Source of the DNA: Eledone cirrhosa
Taxonomy: Eukaryota
Length of the DNA stretch: 64,000 nucleotides
Assembly (NCBI GenBank): GCA_964016885.1
Contig: OZ024754.1
Span: 11,098,001 to 11,162,000, forward strand
Direction: 5' to 3'
Notes under the pieces: model-generated
The model's database searches: none
The model's input: only the letters and a program-made list of their open reading frames with translations
What the model was told of the DNA's origin: nothing
Shown here: positions 11,084 to 23,138 of the stretch, one piece after another
How the letters are laid out: the number at the start of each line of letters is the position of its first letter
Numbering within the stretch: position 1 is the stretch's first letter
Translations under genes and position numbers: made by a program

Positions 11084-13878
11084 GTTTCTTTTATTTGCCA
11101 CTAGGGCATCAAAAGTGGGACAAGTACAAAGGGGGGAGTTTACACAAAAAGGCGTCCTCAATAAGGAGGAGGCAATAACAAAATATAAGAATAAAATAAG
11201 ATATAACAAAAAATAAAATTTTTAACAAAATCCTCAATAGAGAGGAGGCGCCTTGGGAGGTCGCACACACCCCCGAAAAAAGTGTGCAACCCTTCTCCTC
11301 AGGAGCACAGAGAAGGGGTGCTCCCTTGGTCTTTCATCTTCCTCACCTATAGTCTGATGTAGAGTGAAGGCCCATTCACACGGGCCATTCTCGCCACTTT
11401 CACCCATCTTTCATAGAAACGGCTGGGGTGCAGCACCTCTCTCTCCATCCTGATCCTTCTTCCGAAATGATATCGGAAGAAACGGACCAGTTGTTGGCCA
11501 GAGAGAAAGGTGCCCGACCTCAGTCCTTTCAGACGCGTCCACCATACAACCTCTTTCGCCATGGCTATTACGCACAGAAACACCGCCTCTGCTTCATCTT
11601 TGAAGGGGGGAGGCGGCTTGATCATTACAATAGACTCGGTGGTCAACCGGATCGGTCCCACCCTTGACAGCAGTTGTTCGACATAGCCCCACAGATCGGC
11701 TACGCCCGAGCAGTGTACCAATGCGTGTGCAACGGTTTCCTCGTCGCACACGCATCTGGGACAGATCTTTTTGGCGGGGTCCCTACCCGGGCGCCCGTGT
11801 CTGTAGAGCCTTTCTCGAACGGGTAAAGCCCCTCGGTAGCACTGCCAGGCCAGGGACTTCTGGAAGTTGTCCATTGGTCCTGGGCTGAATGTCCTACCGA
11901 ACAGGCTGGCCAGTTCGTCCTCCTCCATGTCTAGGGCTTCTCCGAGGGCGTCGTCGCACCTGCTGCGTACCAGCCCTCTATAGAATGTTGCGGTGGAGTC
12001 TCCACTGATAACCGGATCCGCCTGCCAGAGGGCGGTGAGCGCCTGGGCACACTCAGTGTGCCAGGCGCCCAGTTTTCTCGGTCTTTGCTTGACCCAGGAT
12101 TGCAGCTCGGTGAGTGAGACGAGTCTGGGAAAGGTTCGTCTCACAAACGAGGCCCACACCGGTTGTCCGGTGAGGAATACGTAGAGGTGCCGTAGCCTTA
12201 ATGCGTGTTTACGCATCATTAGCCACGGCATCCCCAGCCCTCCTTTCGAAGGGTGTTGACAGCAGATGGATCTCCTCACCATAGGAGCCCGCCTCTTCCA
12301 AAGGAATTGGAAGAGCGCGCGCTCCATCTTGGTGAGGGTTTCCCTTGGGCAGGGCACTACGGTCAGGCGGTAGTAGATGACGGACGCTATGTAGGTGTTC
12401 GCCACCTCCGCCCGACCTTTCAGGGATAGTTTGCAACTGGCCCACTTCTGGGTCAGTGCAAACACCCTGTTCGTAACCTCCGCCCAGTTTTTCTCCACCT
12501 GGAGGTCCGGTCCGAACCAGACCCCGAGCAACTTCACCGGGCCCTCCGTCCAGCGTCCGACGACGCTATCGGAGGGCATCGGTCTGCCCCTCCACGTGCC
12601 GAGTTGCAAACCGATCGACTTGTCCCGGTTCAGCTTAGCCCCTGTGAACTTTTCGTACTCCTCCAGTAAGGTGCCGACCGCCTCGATTTCGGAGGCCGTC
12701 GACACCATTACTGTCACGTCATCGGCGTAGGCCGACACCGCTTTCCGCAAACCCGGTTCCAAAGGGATGCCCTGCAACAACTCCAACTTCCGCAGTAGTG
12801 GCTCGAGAGTCAACACATACAGAAGGGAGGAGAGAGGGCACCTTTGTCGGATGGACCGTGCGATTTTGAACGGCTCCGAGAGGTAGCCGTTCACCTTGAC
12901 CCTAGAGCAGATGCGGCTGCTGTGCATAGCAGTGATCCAGCCCCTGAAAACGGGTCCGAAGCCTGCCGCCGCTAGCACCGCATCCAGGTAACCATGGTCG
13001 ACCCTATCGAACGCCTTAGATTGATCCAAGTTGATCAGAGCCCCACCAAAGCCGGGTTCGTTCCCAACCCTCTCTATGATGTATCGCATGAGGTGGAGGT
13101 TGTCATGGATGGACCTGGACGGGATAGCGCATGTCTGCGCATCTCCCACCAGGTTGCCCACGACAAGCGCCAACCTCTTTGCTAGCACCTTGGCCAAAAT
13201 CTGTAACTCTGTATTTAGCAGTGTTATGGGCCTGAAGTTACTTATTTCGTCCCCCTTGTTCTCGTCCTTCCTCACTAGCGTGACTACGCCCTTGGTCACA
13301 GTACAGGGAATTCTCCCGTTCTGTTGCCAGTTGCAGTAGACCGCCTCGAGGAGATCGGGGAACAAGTCCGGCATAGCTAGATATAATTCGTAAGGAAGAC
13401 CATCGAGACCCGGGGATTTGCGTTTGCCGCATTGGCTCAGCACGTCCTCTATCTCAGCGGCCGAAATCGGCTCCTCGCAGGACTTCGCCTCCCTGTCCGA
13501 GAGGCGCGGCAGGCCGTCGAGGTATGGACCGAAGTCCACGTTCCCAACCGGCTCCCCGCCCCTCCCGAACAGTCGGGCAAAGTGCCTTTGAAAGGCCTCA
13601 CACATCTGCTTAGGCTCAAGAATCGCCCGTCCATCCAGGTCTCGCAAAGACCGGATGGTGGATTTAGTTCCACTGTTGGCCTCTGTCACGCGGGCCCAGC
13701 TAACAGCTTTGGTCCCCTCGTTCCCTAGAGCACGTATTTTACTTCGGACAACGCAGCCTTCGTGCTTCGCGTCGAAAAACTGGCTCAAAGCCGTTCTCGA
13801 CGCTAGCACTCTGGCCACGTCGCCGCTTCTAATTGTCTCTTCTACTCTATCTATTAGCTCCCTTTCCTTCCTATTCCT
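11084..13878 (-). mobile_element. 5'-truncated L1-clade (Tx1-like) LINE
   Basis: RT ORF followed by a 3' UTR ending GCCCTAGTGGCAAATAAAAGAAAC at a (TA)n tract; no endonuclease domain or ORF1. Confidence 0.9.
11347..13818 (-). CDS. Tx1/L1 ORF2 remnant: reverse transcriptase plus CCHC zinc knuckle (open frame, no native start)
   Basis: KSPGLDG, NFRPITLLN, LDQSKAFDRV, SIRQRCPLS, YADD, KGGLG and CPRC...ETVAHALVHC. The frame continues upstream of the GTG to about 13878. The QG motif reads QR. Confidence 0.9.
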   Translation of the reverse strand: MARVLASRTALSQFFDAKHEGCVVRSKIRALGNEGTKAVSWARVTEANSGTKSTIRSLRDLDGRAILEPKQMCEAFQRHFARLFGRGGEPVGNVDFGPYLDGLPRLSDREAKSCEEPISAAEIEDVLSQCGKRKSPGLDGLPYELYLAMPDLFPDLLEAVYCNWQQNGRIPCTVTKGVVTLVRKDENKGDEISNFRPITLLNTELQILAKVLAKRLALVVGNLVGDAQTCAIPSRSIHDNLHLMRYIIERVGNEPGFGGALINLDQSKAFDRVDHGYLDAVLAAAGFGPVFRGWITAMHSSRICSRVKVNGYLSEPFKIARSIRQRCPLSSLLYVLTLEPLLRKLELLQGIPLEPGLRKAVSAYADDVTVMVSTASEIEAVGTLLEEYEKFTGAKLNRDKSIGLQLGTWRGRPMPSDSVVGRWTEGPVKLLGVWFGPDLQVEKNWAEVTNRVFALTQKWASCKLSLKGRAEVANTYIASVIYYRLTVVPCPRETLTKMERALFQFLWKRRAPMVRRSICCQHPSKGGLGMPWLMMRKHALRLRHLYVFLTGQPVWASFVRRTFPRLVSLTELQSWVKQRPRKLGAWHTECAQALTALWQADPVISGDSTATFYRGLVRSRCDDALGEALDMEEDELASLFGRTFSPGPMDNFQKSLAWQCYRGALPVRERLYRHGRPGRDPAKKICPRCVCDEETVAHALVHCSGVADLWGYVEQLLSRVGPIRLTTESIVMIKPPPPFKDEAEAVFLCVIAMAKEVVWWTRLKGLRSGTFLSGQQLVRFFRYHFGRRIRMEREVLHPSRFYERWVKVARMARVNGPSLYIRL

Positions 13879-13896
13879 ATAGAGAGATAGTTAGAT

Positions 13897-14080
13897 ATAT
13901 TTCTTTATTAGCCACAAGGGCGCACAAGAAAAGGGGACAATACAAAGACATGCCGGGGATTTTACATACAGTCGTGTAAAAAATATAAAAACAAACAATT
14001 ACAACAATCGAAATCCCCAATAGGGGGGAGGCGCCACAAATGGGTTGTTTAATACCCCGTCGATAGAACAACCCTCAACT
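13897..14080 (-). mobile_element. 3' UTR fragment of a related Tx1-like family
   Basis: Ends GCCCTTGTGGCTAATAAAGAAATAT, like the terminus at 11084; TA-rich flanks. Confidence 0.7.
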
Positions 14081-14150
14081 CCAGGATAGATAGATATATA
14101 GATATATACATATATATAGATACATATATATATATATATGTATATATATA

Positions 14151-15030
14151 AACAAGTAACTTTATTTTTTCTTATATATCACTAAATGTGTGTGTTTGTG
14201 TATGAGTGTATGTGTGTGTATGTGTGTGTATGTGTGTGTATGAGTGTGTGTGTGTGTGCATTCTTCTTTATAATATAGTAAGTCCCTCCCCTCACTCCCC
14301 GTCTATCTTTTACCTCGAATCTAGCAAATTCGATGTCGTCAACCACCACCACCACCACCACTACCACCACCACCAAAACCACCACCACTAGTACTACCAT
14401 CACCACCACCACCACCACTAGCACACCACCACCATCACCACCACCACCACTACCACCACCACTACCACCACCACCAAAACCACCACCACTAGTACCACCA
14501 TCACCACCACTAGCACACCACCACCATCACCACCACCACCACCACTACCACCACCACCAAAACCACCACCACTAGTACCACCATCACCACCACCACCACC
14601 ACTAGCACACCACCACCATCACCACCACCACCACTACCACCACCACTACCACCACCACCAAAACCACCACCACTAGTACCACCATCACCACCACCACCAC
14701 CACTAGCACACCCCCACCATCACCACCACCACCACCACTACCACCACCACTAGTACCACCATCACCACCACCACCACCACTAGCACACCACCACCATCAC
14801 CACCACCACCACTACCACCACCACTACCACCACCACCAAAACCACCACCACTAGTACCACCATCACCACCACCACCACCACTAGCACACCAGCACCATCA
14901 CCACCACCACCACCACCACCACCAAAACCACCACCACTAGTACCACCATCACCACCACCACCACCACCACCACCACCACTAGCACCACCATCATCACCCC
15001 CACCACTATCACCACTACCACCACCACCAT
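14151..15030 (-). repeat. Right arm of the long inverted repeat
   Basis: Reverse complement of 8515-9143, including the unique GACGACATCGAATTTGCTAGATTCGAGG segment. Confidence 0.85.
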
Positions 15031-15295
15031 CCTTCATACAAAACCAGAGCTTCTAAATCACAAAATTATTGCATCAGAAAAATCTAGGCTGGGATTTTCC
15101 ACTTTGTTTTGTATTTATCTAGATGGAAATAACGGAGATATCGAAAGTTCTAGAAAATGGCTGACAATCTTGTAAAGACGAATTATATGTCATTTTTTCT
15201 TTTTCCTTTTTTTCTTTTTTTCTTTTTTTCTTTTATTTTTTGGGGGTTTTCCTTTTCGCCTTCTTTTATATTATATTTGTTTATGCTATCGTTCT

Positions 15296-16084
15296 GTGAC
15301 ACAACGTAGTTATATACAATGTATAACAGAACGTAGTTATATACAATGTATAACAGAACGTAGTTATATAAAATGTATAACAGAACGTAGTTATATACAA
15401 TGTATAACAGAACGTAGTTATATACAATGTATAACAGAACGTAGTTATATACAATGTATAACAGAACGTAGTTATATACAATGTATAACAGAACGTAGTT
15501 ATATAAAATGTATAACAGAACGTAGTTATATACAATGTATAACAGAACGTAGTTATATACAATGTATAACAGAACGTAGTTATATAAAATGTATAACAGA
15601 ACGTAGTTATATACAATGTATAACAGAACGTAGTTATATACAATGTATAACAGAACGTAGTTATATAAAATGTATAACAGAACGTAGTTATATACAATGT
15701 ATAACAGAACGTAGTTATATACAATGTATAACAGAACGTAGTTATATACAATGTATAACAGAACGTAGTTATATACAATGTATAACAGAACGTAGTTATA
15801 TACAATGTATAACAGAACGTAGTTATATAAAATGTATAACAGAACGTAGTTATATACAATGTATAACAGAACGTAGTTATATACAATGTATAACAGAACG
15901 TAGTTATATACAATGTATAACAGAACGTAGTTATATACAATGTATAACAGAACGTAGTTATATACAATGTATAACAGAACGTAGTTATATAAAATGTATA
16001 ACAGAACGTAGTTATATACAATGTATAACAGAACGTAGTTATATAAAATGTATAACAGAACGTAGTTATATACAATGTATATAA
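15296..16084. repeat. 27-bp minisatellite, ~29 copies
   Basis: Unit CAGAACGTAGTTATATA(C/A)AATGTATAA with a single polymorphic site. Confidence 0.97.
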
Positions 16085-16119
16085 CTCCGTTAAGAATATG
16101 GAAGTCATCCGTCATTCTA

Positions 16120-19100
16120 CTTTTGTTTAAACGGGCAAAAAAGAATTAGGGGAAAAAATATATAAATAAATATCCAGAACATAAACATACACACACTCAA
16201 CAACGCGCATATACGTAATAGTATTTAACTAATGTATTGGAACGCGATGGGGCCCACCCACAGCCCCGACGGACAGAATGGAGAAGGCGTTTCCCCGGAG
16301 GACGGCAAGGGAGACACGCTGGAAAAGGCACTCCAACTCAAGGGGTTCACACCTGCGGCTGGCCAGCTGAGCGCCTATGGTGGTGAGTAAGGAGGTAGCC
16401 CTGGGACCGAGGACACCAGAAGTTTCCACTACCAGGGGAACGACCGCAAACCTGTTGGAGAGCGACCGGTATTTGAGGAGTTTGTCCCCCTCAGCCCGAC
16501 GTGCAGCAGAACCTGGGTCAGTCGCAGACTGCTCCAGGTTGCGGCTGCAGAAAGTGTCGGTGCAAGTGGCATCCCAGACGAGGGGTTTGCCACCGCGGAA
16601 CGGGAAGATGGTCATGCCATCTGGCCTTTTGCCGTCCCCTCGATCCAGCCCCACCGGCTCGAGCTGGGAAGGGAAGCCTGCAGCGTCCAAGCCATGCTTA
16701 ATGACCTCGTTGAGGGCAGTATGGCGTGGAATGCGGCCGGCACTGTGGAGACAGGAAAGCGGGTTGAGGCCGAAAGAGTCCACGGTGGAACCGCAGCGAC
16801 ATTGGTGTGGCTGGCAGATCCGGAGGCCGAGCCTCAGGGAAACACCGATTCGCAGGCTATGGTTGTCTAGCTGCGTGCCAGTGGAGAAGGAGGGCAGAGC
16901 ATGGAGCCAGGCAACACTGTGCGGTTTGGAGGCCGCACGAAAACAAGCAAGGCGGTGCTGGTCGAGCTGGCGCGTGAGCCTGTCTGAGACCAGGCTGCAC
17001 TGGATGACATCCCAAGTGCTTGGGGGGGGGCTTGACGTCAACAGGGGAGGAGGGACGTCTACTGGGCTAAGTCCCAGCCGGTCCCACGTCTCACAGGCGG
17101 CCTCACGTTCTCTGAACACAGAGGGTTCTGTTGTGTTTTGAAGAACCCTGCTGACGAGGACGCGGCACGAGGTTACCGACGAAAGATACGCCGGCAAAGC
17201 TAGTGAGATCGGGGACCGGAGGCCTAGGCCGCCATACCTGACCGGTAAAGTGGCTTATGTCGTCAAACTTGACGTTGCATATCCCCTCGGCTGCTGCTCG
17301 GATACAAGTATCGAGGTCAGCGAGGAGAGATGTCTGGGTGTAGCATGGAGCGCTGCGGAGTATATAGAGGAGCTTCGGCATGGCGAAGCAGTTCCTCAGC
17401 AGAAAGAGAGCTGGGTGGCCGTCAATCAAGCCCAGTCGGCTCGTGAGAGTCTGGAGCTGTTGAAGCCTAGACCTGATGGTGGAGCGGATGGCCGGCGGGT
17501 GGATCGGTGACACGAGGATGAGGACATCCTCTTTGGGGGGTCACCTGAATCTGGCGGAGAATGGATCGCACGTCCAAGACGGAGGCTGCAAAGCTCGCAG
17601 CATCGAGGCTGACGTTCACCACCTCCGACTTGGCCGAGTTGACTTGGGGGCCGATTCCCGACAGGGCAGGAATCACCGATTGAGGGTCTTCGCAGACCGT
17701 CCGTACGGGCCCGCCCAACGTAGCATCATCCAGATACCAAACGTTGAGAGGGGCCGTGATACTCCGGGCGATGTGGTCAATACCAAGGGCGAACAGGAGG
17801 GGTCCCAAAGGGTCGCCCTGTTGGACCCCAGTAGCCGAGGGTATGACCGTATCAGCAGCTAGGAGCATGCACGGGGCTCCATGTGACAGGTAGGCCAGCG
17901 GGTAGGCAGAGGAGGCTCGGCTGAGGCAGGCCTCGAGCAGAAATAATTAAAGGCATTCCTCATGTCAAGCTTGACAATAAGGTGCCTGGAGTTCCTGGAT
18001 TCCGGTACCGATGGGCAGCTGCTGAAGAACTGCCTGATTGCATGAGAGGCTCCCTCACAGCCACCGGACACGCCGACACCCAGTTGCACCGGACTAAACT
18101 TCTCACCCAGTTCGTGTGTGGCGGACTTACAGATCACCTTGGCAGCCAGCCTCCGGAAGACATTGCCCACAGCAATGGGGCGTATGCCACCCTCTTTCTT
18201 CCTGAGAGCGGTGAGGCTGGTCGAAAAAAAGAGGCCTCGGGGGTAAGGGTCGAGGGCACCATGGATGAGCCTATTGGCGAGCGCCACAATTGCACTCAGA
18301 AGGCGGCGCCCGGCCTCAGCGGAGAGGGGGGATGTCAACTCCTTGAGGTGGCCTGGTCGGAGACCATCAACACCTCCGCAGCTGCTAGCTGGGAAGGACC
18401 TGATGGCGGACATGATATCTGCATCAGTAGCCACAAGGAGCAGGAGGGGGTCGGGTGGGGGTATGGGTCTGAGATCAGTGGGTGGCTCAGGGTGTTTGAG
18501 CAACCAGGATTTCCTCGGTGGGTTGGAGGACAGTGTCCTCTGAGGCAACAAGTCTGACTGCGGCCGAGACATCACCCATGATAAGCTTTGCGTTTACCTG
18601 GTCACGCAAACGCTTGGCGCTGGCCTCGAGGGTGGAGGATAGGGGATACCTGAGGGTGGGGTATGTGGCGTCCCTGGGCACGCTTGGAATGGGCGCTCGC
18701 CCAAATGACGAGACATTGGCCTTGACGAAGGCTGCTGTTGACCGGCCGCCCCGGTCAGCGCCAGAGCTGGGGAGGCCGAGAGCGAGTGGGGCGAAATAGA
18801 ACAGCCGCTCCCAGTCACTCGCTCGATTGGAGTCCAGGGCGCTCTCAATCGAGGAAGCGAGGGCATCGGCTACCGGCACCCGTGCCGCTCTCGGGATCCT
18901 GAGTGGGATCTTCCGGAGCCGCCTGAGCCGAGCGATGTTGACCAGCGAGGTTCGGGCGCCAGGCAAGCTTGCTGTCCCATCTGGTGGTGTGTCAGACGGC
19001 CGTGGCTGGGAAGACGTGGGGAAGAGGCAGCTCCTGCACCTCCACGCTGCGAGGGCATTGGAAGCTCGACGAGTCAAGCCAACGCAGGTGAGGTGGTGGA

Positions 19101-19287
19101 AGCAGCCGCACCTCAAACAGTTCCGGCCCCTCTTCCGTTTGTTAATGGTGCCACAAGTGCTGCAGGTGTCGATTTGGAGGGGTGGGAGAAGGGGCGTGGG
19201 GACGGGGGCACCGAGCGGCATCAGGGGTGGGTGGCTGGTGTGTGTGGGTGGAAGGGAAAGTGCTGGTAAGAGGGCAGCATAGCTCAC
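16120..19287 (-). mobile_element. CRE-clade non-LTR retrotransposon (PHD finger-RT-restriction-like endonuclease), frameshifted
   Basis: RT motifs GVDGLRPGHL, KKEGGIRPIAVG, QLGVG, KLDMRNAFN, GVQQGDPLGPLLF, WYLDD. RLE motifs CRCG..LSC..RH..LN..RPDG..WDATCTD..AE..K..KY..ETSG, stop at 16229. Split over at least five ORF pieces. Confidence 0.88.
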
Positions 19288-19679
19288 CTATATATATATG
19301 GAGGTGCCAGAAAACTAGAGCGAAAAGGGGCTGCATGGAGGGGGAGACACAGGAAGATAGAATGGCAGTAAATGAATGAGTGTGGTACTTTATGTTATCG
19401 ACCCCGTAAGGATGAAAGGCAAAGTTTACCTCGGCAGGATCGTGTGCATACCAACCATTAGATACAATGCGTGTTCCTGTTCTATCTATAACTAGCACCA
19501 TGATGTAACTCAGACACAGAATTTCTTTATACAAACACAATACATGTGCTGAAAGTGGGCAGGAATTTCTGTGTTGACTGATAAAATAACAATTGATGGC
19601 CTCCCCACAGCCCCGGCAGACAGAATGGAGAAGGCTTTTCCCCGGAGGACGACAAAGGAGACGCGTTGTATCATTATAT

Positions 19680-21770
19680 TTTCCTTTCATCCTTACGGGG
19701 TCGATAAAATAAAGTACCAGTAATACTGGTAACAGTATTTGCTGGCCTCGTGCCCCAAAAGTAGAAACAATTATTATATTTATTTTTTTTAGTTCAAATC
19801 CCGCCGAGGCTAGCTTTGCCTTTCATCTTTACGGGGTTGATAAATAAAATACCAGTAATACACTGGGGGTCGATTTAATCGACTTTCCCCTCCCCCAAAT
19901 TGCTGGCTTTGTGCCTAACGTAGAAACAATTGTTATATTTCTTTTTCGGCCCTTTAAGATCTGAGTTCAAATCCCGCCGAGGTTGACTTTGCCGTTCATT
20001 CTTTGCAGGGTCGATAAAATAAAGTACCAGTAATGCACTGGGAATATTGCTGGCCTTGTGCCAAAAGTAGAAACAATTATTATATTTCTTTTTATACGAC
20101 AGTGAATAAAAGTTACCCAAACACCTGTCATAGAAAAAGAAAAAAAGAAAATTTAGATTGAGAAGAAAATATAAAGAAAAAAGAAAAAAATGGGGATGAA
20201 ATGGCAAGGACTCTAGTGTCACAGAAGAATTGGGAGAGGGGAGGATGATTGAGCTCTGAGCCTAGGGCGCAGTGGTTAAGGGGCTGCACCCCGCGGACAA
20301 GACCGCAAAGGTACTCCGCGGAAAATGGCCAGCGACACCGGCTGCAACAGCCACTCCACCTAGCGGGGTTCCTTCCTCAGACGGGCTGCTGACGTTCCGA
20401 TCTTGCCCGGGGAGCTCGACTGTACGGGGGTCCAAGTACGCCTGAGATCTCGACGGCGACCAGACAATCCGAAGTATTTATTTATCTTCCTTTCCTCTGC
20501 AAGGAGGGCCACGGTACCGGGGTTTTTGGCCGAAGCGACTAAGCTGGAGGCGGATAACGTGTCACAGCATATGGCGTCCCAAGGTCTGCTGGTTCCAGTT
20601 GTGATGGGAAGCGAATTGCGGCAAGATGTGGGTGTAGGCCGAATTTGATGATGGAAGGGACTTCACTGCAGACTGGTTATTGAATTGGTCGGCAGTGAAG
20701 GGACTTCCAGTGGCGGGTAACAAAACTTGGATTTTAAGAGTTGATCGCTCCTTCTTACTCTTTGTAAATGTTTGTCATGTATTAACAGGTGAATTGGCAG
20801 AGGGTCCGACGCCATGCTTTGACGCATAGAGTTACGGCCCTTGCCATTCTGAGTTCAAATCCTTGCCTTTCATCCTTACGGGGGTCGATAAAATAAAGTA
20901 CCAGTAATACACTGCGTAATTTCTGGCCTTCTGCCTAACGTAGACACAGTTATTTCTCATATAGCTTAACTAAAGCTACACATTACTGTATCGAATGCTT
21001 CCTCATTCGAGAATATTCTGAGGGCGTTGTTACTGTTAAGTGGCAAAGTTATTGTTTATTACATAAATATGTATCACAGCATGATAGTATCCTCTATTAT
21101 CAACCTGAAAATATCAACATGGCGGCGGCCTTTGCGTGAGATTTAGGGTTGCAAAATAATAATGGTTTCTTATATAGGCACAAGGCCAGCAATTTTGGGG
21201 GAGGGGAAAGTCGATTAAATCGACCCCAGTGCGTGACTGGTTCTTTATTTTATCGACTCTGTAAGGATGAAAGGCAAAGTTAACCTCGGCGGATTTGAAC
21301 TCAGAACGTAAACGGCCATAACTCTATGCTACAAAGCATGTCTGACGCTCTACCGAATAATGATAATTGTTTCTACGTTAGGCACAAGGCCAGCAATTAC
21401 CCAGTGCATTACTGGTACTTTATTTTATCGACCCCGTAAGGATGAAAGGCAAAGTTAACCTTGGCGGGATTTGAACTCAGAATGGCAAGGGCCGTAACTC
21501 TATACGTCAAAGCATGGCGTCCGACCCTCTACCGATACTGCCAATTCCCCGAATGATTTCTATTATCGGCAAAAGGCCAGCTATTTGGGGAGTGAGGGAA
21601 AGTCGATTAAATCGACCCCAACGCATTACTGGTACTTTATTTTATCGACCCAGTAAGGATGAAAGGCAAAGTTAACCTCGGCGGGATTTGAACTCAGAAC
21701 GTAAAGGGCTTTAACTCTATACTACGAAGCAGGATCTCCAAAGCTCTACCGACACTGCCAATTCACCGGC
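19680..21770. mobile_element. Cluster of SINE family A copies (plus strand 19680-20090 and 20787-20955; minus strand 21160-21770)
   Basis: Repeated family A core, box and tail sequences. Confidence 0.85.
20100..20700 (-). pseudogene. Older decayed CRE RLE domain plus 3' UTR
   Basis: Minus-strand translation FPSQLEPADL..WDAICCDT...AEERKINKY...VEISGVLGPRT...EWLLQPVSLAIFR aligns by eye to the 16229-16700 RLE, with deletions. Confidence 0.75.
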
Positions 21771-21774
21771 CTTG

Positions 21775-22166
21775 GCCAACATTTTGAACTCTGCATTTAG
21801 TAGAGTTATATGCTGAAAAGTGTCGATAAAATCTCCTTTGTTCGTGTCCTATCTCAGCAGTGCCGCCAATCCTCGGCTCACAGAACTGGGAATTCTTCCG
21901 TTCTGTTGCCAGTTGCAGTAGTTGTCTGCCAAGATGTCGCCGAACAAGTCTGGCATGTGAACGTAAAGCTTGTAGGGCAAATCATCGAAACCGGGCCGCC
22001 GTTCATTGCCTCCTGTATTTCAGCGGCTGTTATTGGCTTTTCGCAACACTCTGCCTCCGTCACCGATAGCCGCGGCAGGCCGTCGAGGTCGGTAGTGAAG
22101 TCCATCTCGTGATCCGGCCCGCCGCTGCTCTCGAAATACTTGGGTAAAAATGTTGCTGAAAAACTG
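21775..22166 (-). pseudogene. Decayed Tx1-like RT fragment
   Basis: DLDGLPRLSVTEAECCEKPITAAEIQEAM matches YLDGLPRLSDREAKSCEEPISAAEIEDVL in the 11347-13818 ORF. Confidence 0.8.
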
Positions 22167-22197
<31 letters not shown>

Positions 22198-22749
22198 TCG
22201 CTTGAGATCGAACATGTTGTCCGACGCTCTACAGATACTGCCAATTCACCCGTGTTCACGCTGGCATGAGTCAGATCAGTTGTAACATCCTGAGATTGAA
22301 CGGGTCAAACGACAACACCTTGCTTATACGTTCAATATGCAGCACTATCAAGTTACAGCACTCGGATACTGTGAGTGGGTGGAATAGAGCGAATATGCTG
22401 CGCGTGATAAATCCAAGGGAGGTAATTAAATTAGACTGAGTGATTAAAGGGAGGTAACTAGACAAGATATTGTGATTGCCCAAAATTTCTACTTTTGCAT
22501 CATACCTATATAGCCATCACGTAACCGCTTGTATGGGCTTATGAATGTGTGTATCCACGCGCACATACATATGGAATGTAACCATGTACTAAAATACGTG
22601 TCAGCACGCCAGCCCTCTTCAAATCGATATTTACATCTAATTCCTTGTGTGTATATATATATTATATATATATATATATAAATGTGTACACTAACATACC
22701 ACATGCATGAATATCTAGAAATGTACGTATACAAATGTATATCAATATA

Positions 22750-22961
22750 CAGGGTGGGCCAGAATTTATCACTCACTTGATTATTTATAGATCTATTAAT
22801 TAAATAAAAAAAACCTGTGAGGCATATTATGAAATAAAAATGTAAATTAAGAAACCTGCTAAGCATATTAAGAAATAAAATAAATTAAAACAATACAAAA
22901 ATAAAATAAGCAGGTTAAGAAATATAACTAACAAGCGAGTCATGAATTTTGGCCCACCCTG
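22750..22961. mobile_element. Tc1/mariner-type MITE
   Basis: TIRs CAGGGTGGGCCA../..TGGCCCACCCTG flanked by TA. A similar small MITE lies at 29301-29390 and a pogo-like one at 41260-41400. Confidence 0.85.
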
Positions 22962-23138
22962 TATAGGAAGCAAATGTTTCAGAACTGGTTATTTGATGAG
23001 CTCATTGCAAATGAACATGAACACTTCGCTGGAAGCTGACTATACGGCCTTATCTCAATGAGAATCTACCGGAGAGATGGATCAGGTGTGCCAGTGATAA
23101 AGACAATGTGCTGTTAAAATGGCCACCACGTTCACGAA

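Noticed and set aside
11428-13882. Antisense ORFs over the Tx1 element (likewise over the CRE element)
   Set aside because: Shadow ORFs of GC-rich coding DNA with no motifs.
15296-16084. CRISPR-like array or repeat protein (262-310 aa ORFs)
   Set aside because: Units are contiguous with no unique spacers, there are no cas genes, and the ORFs arise only because the unit is 27 bp.
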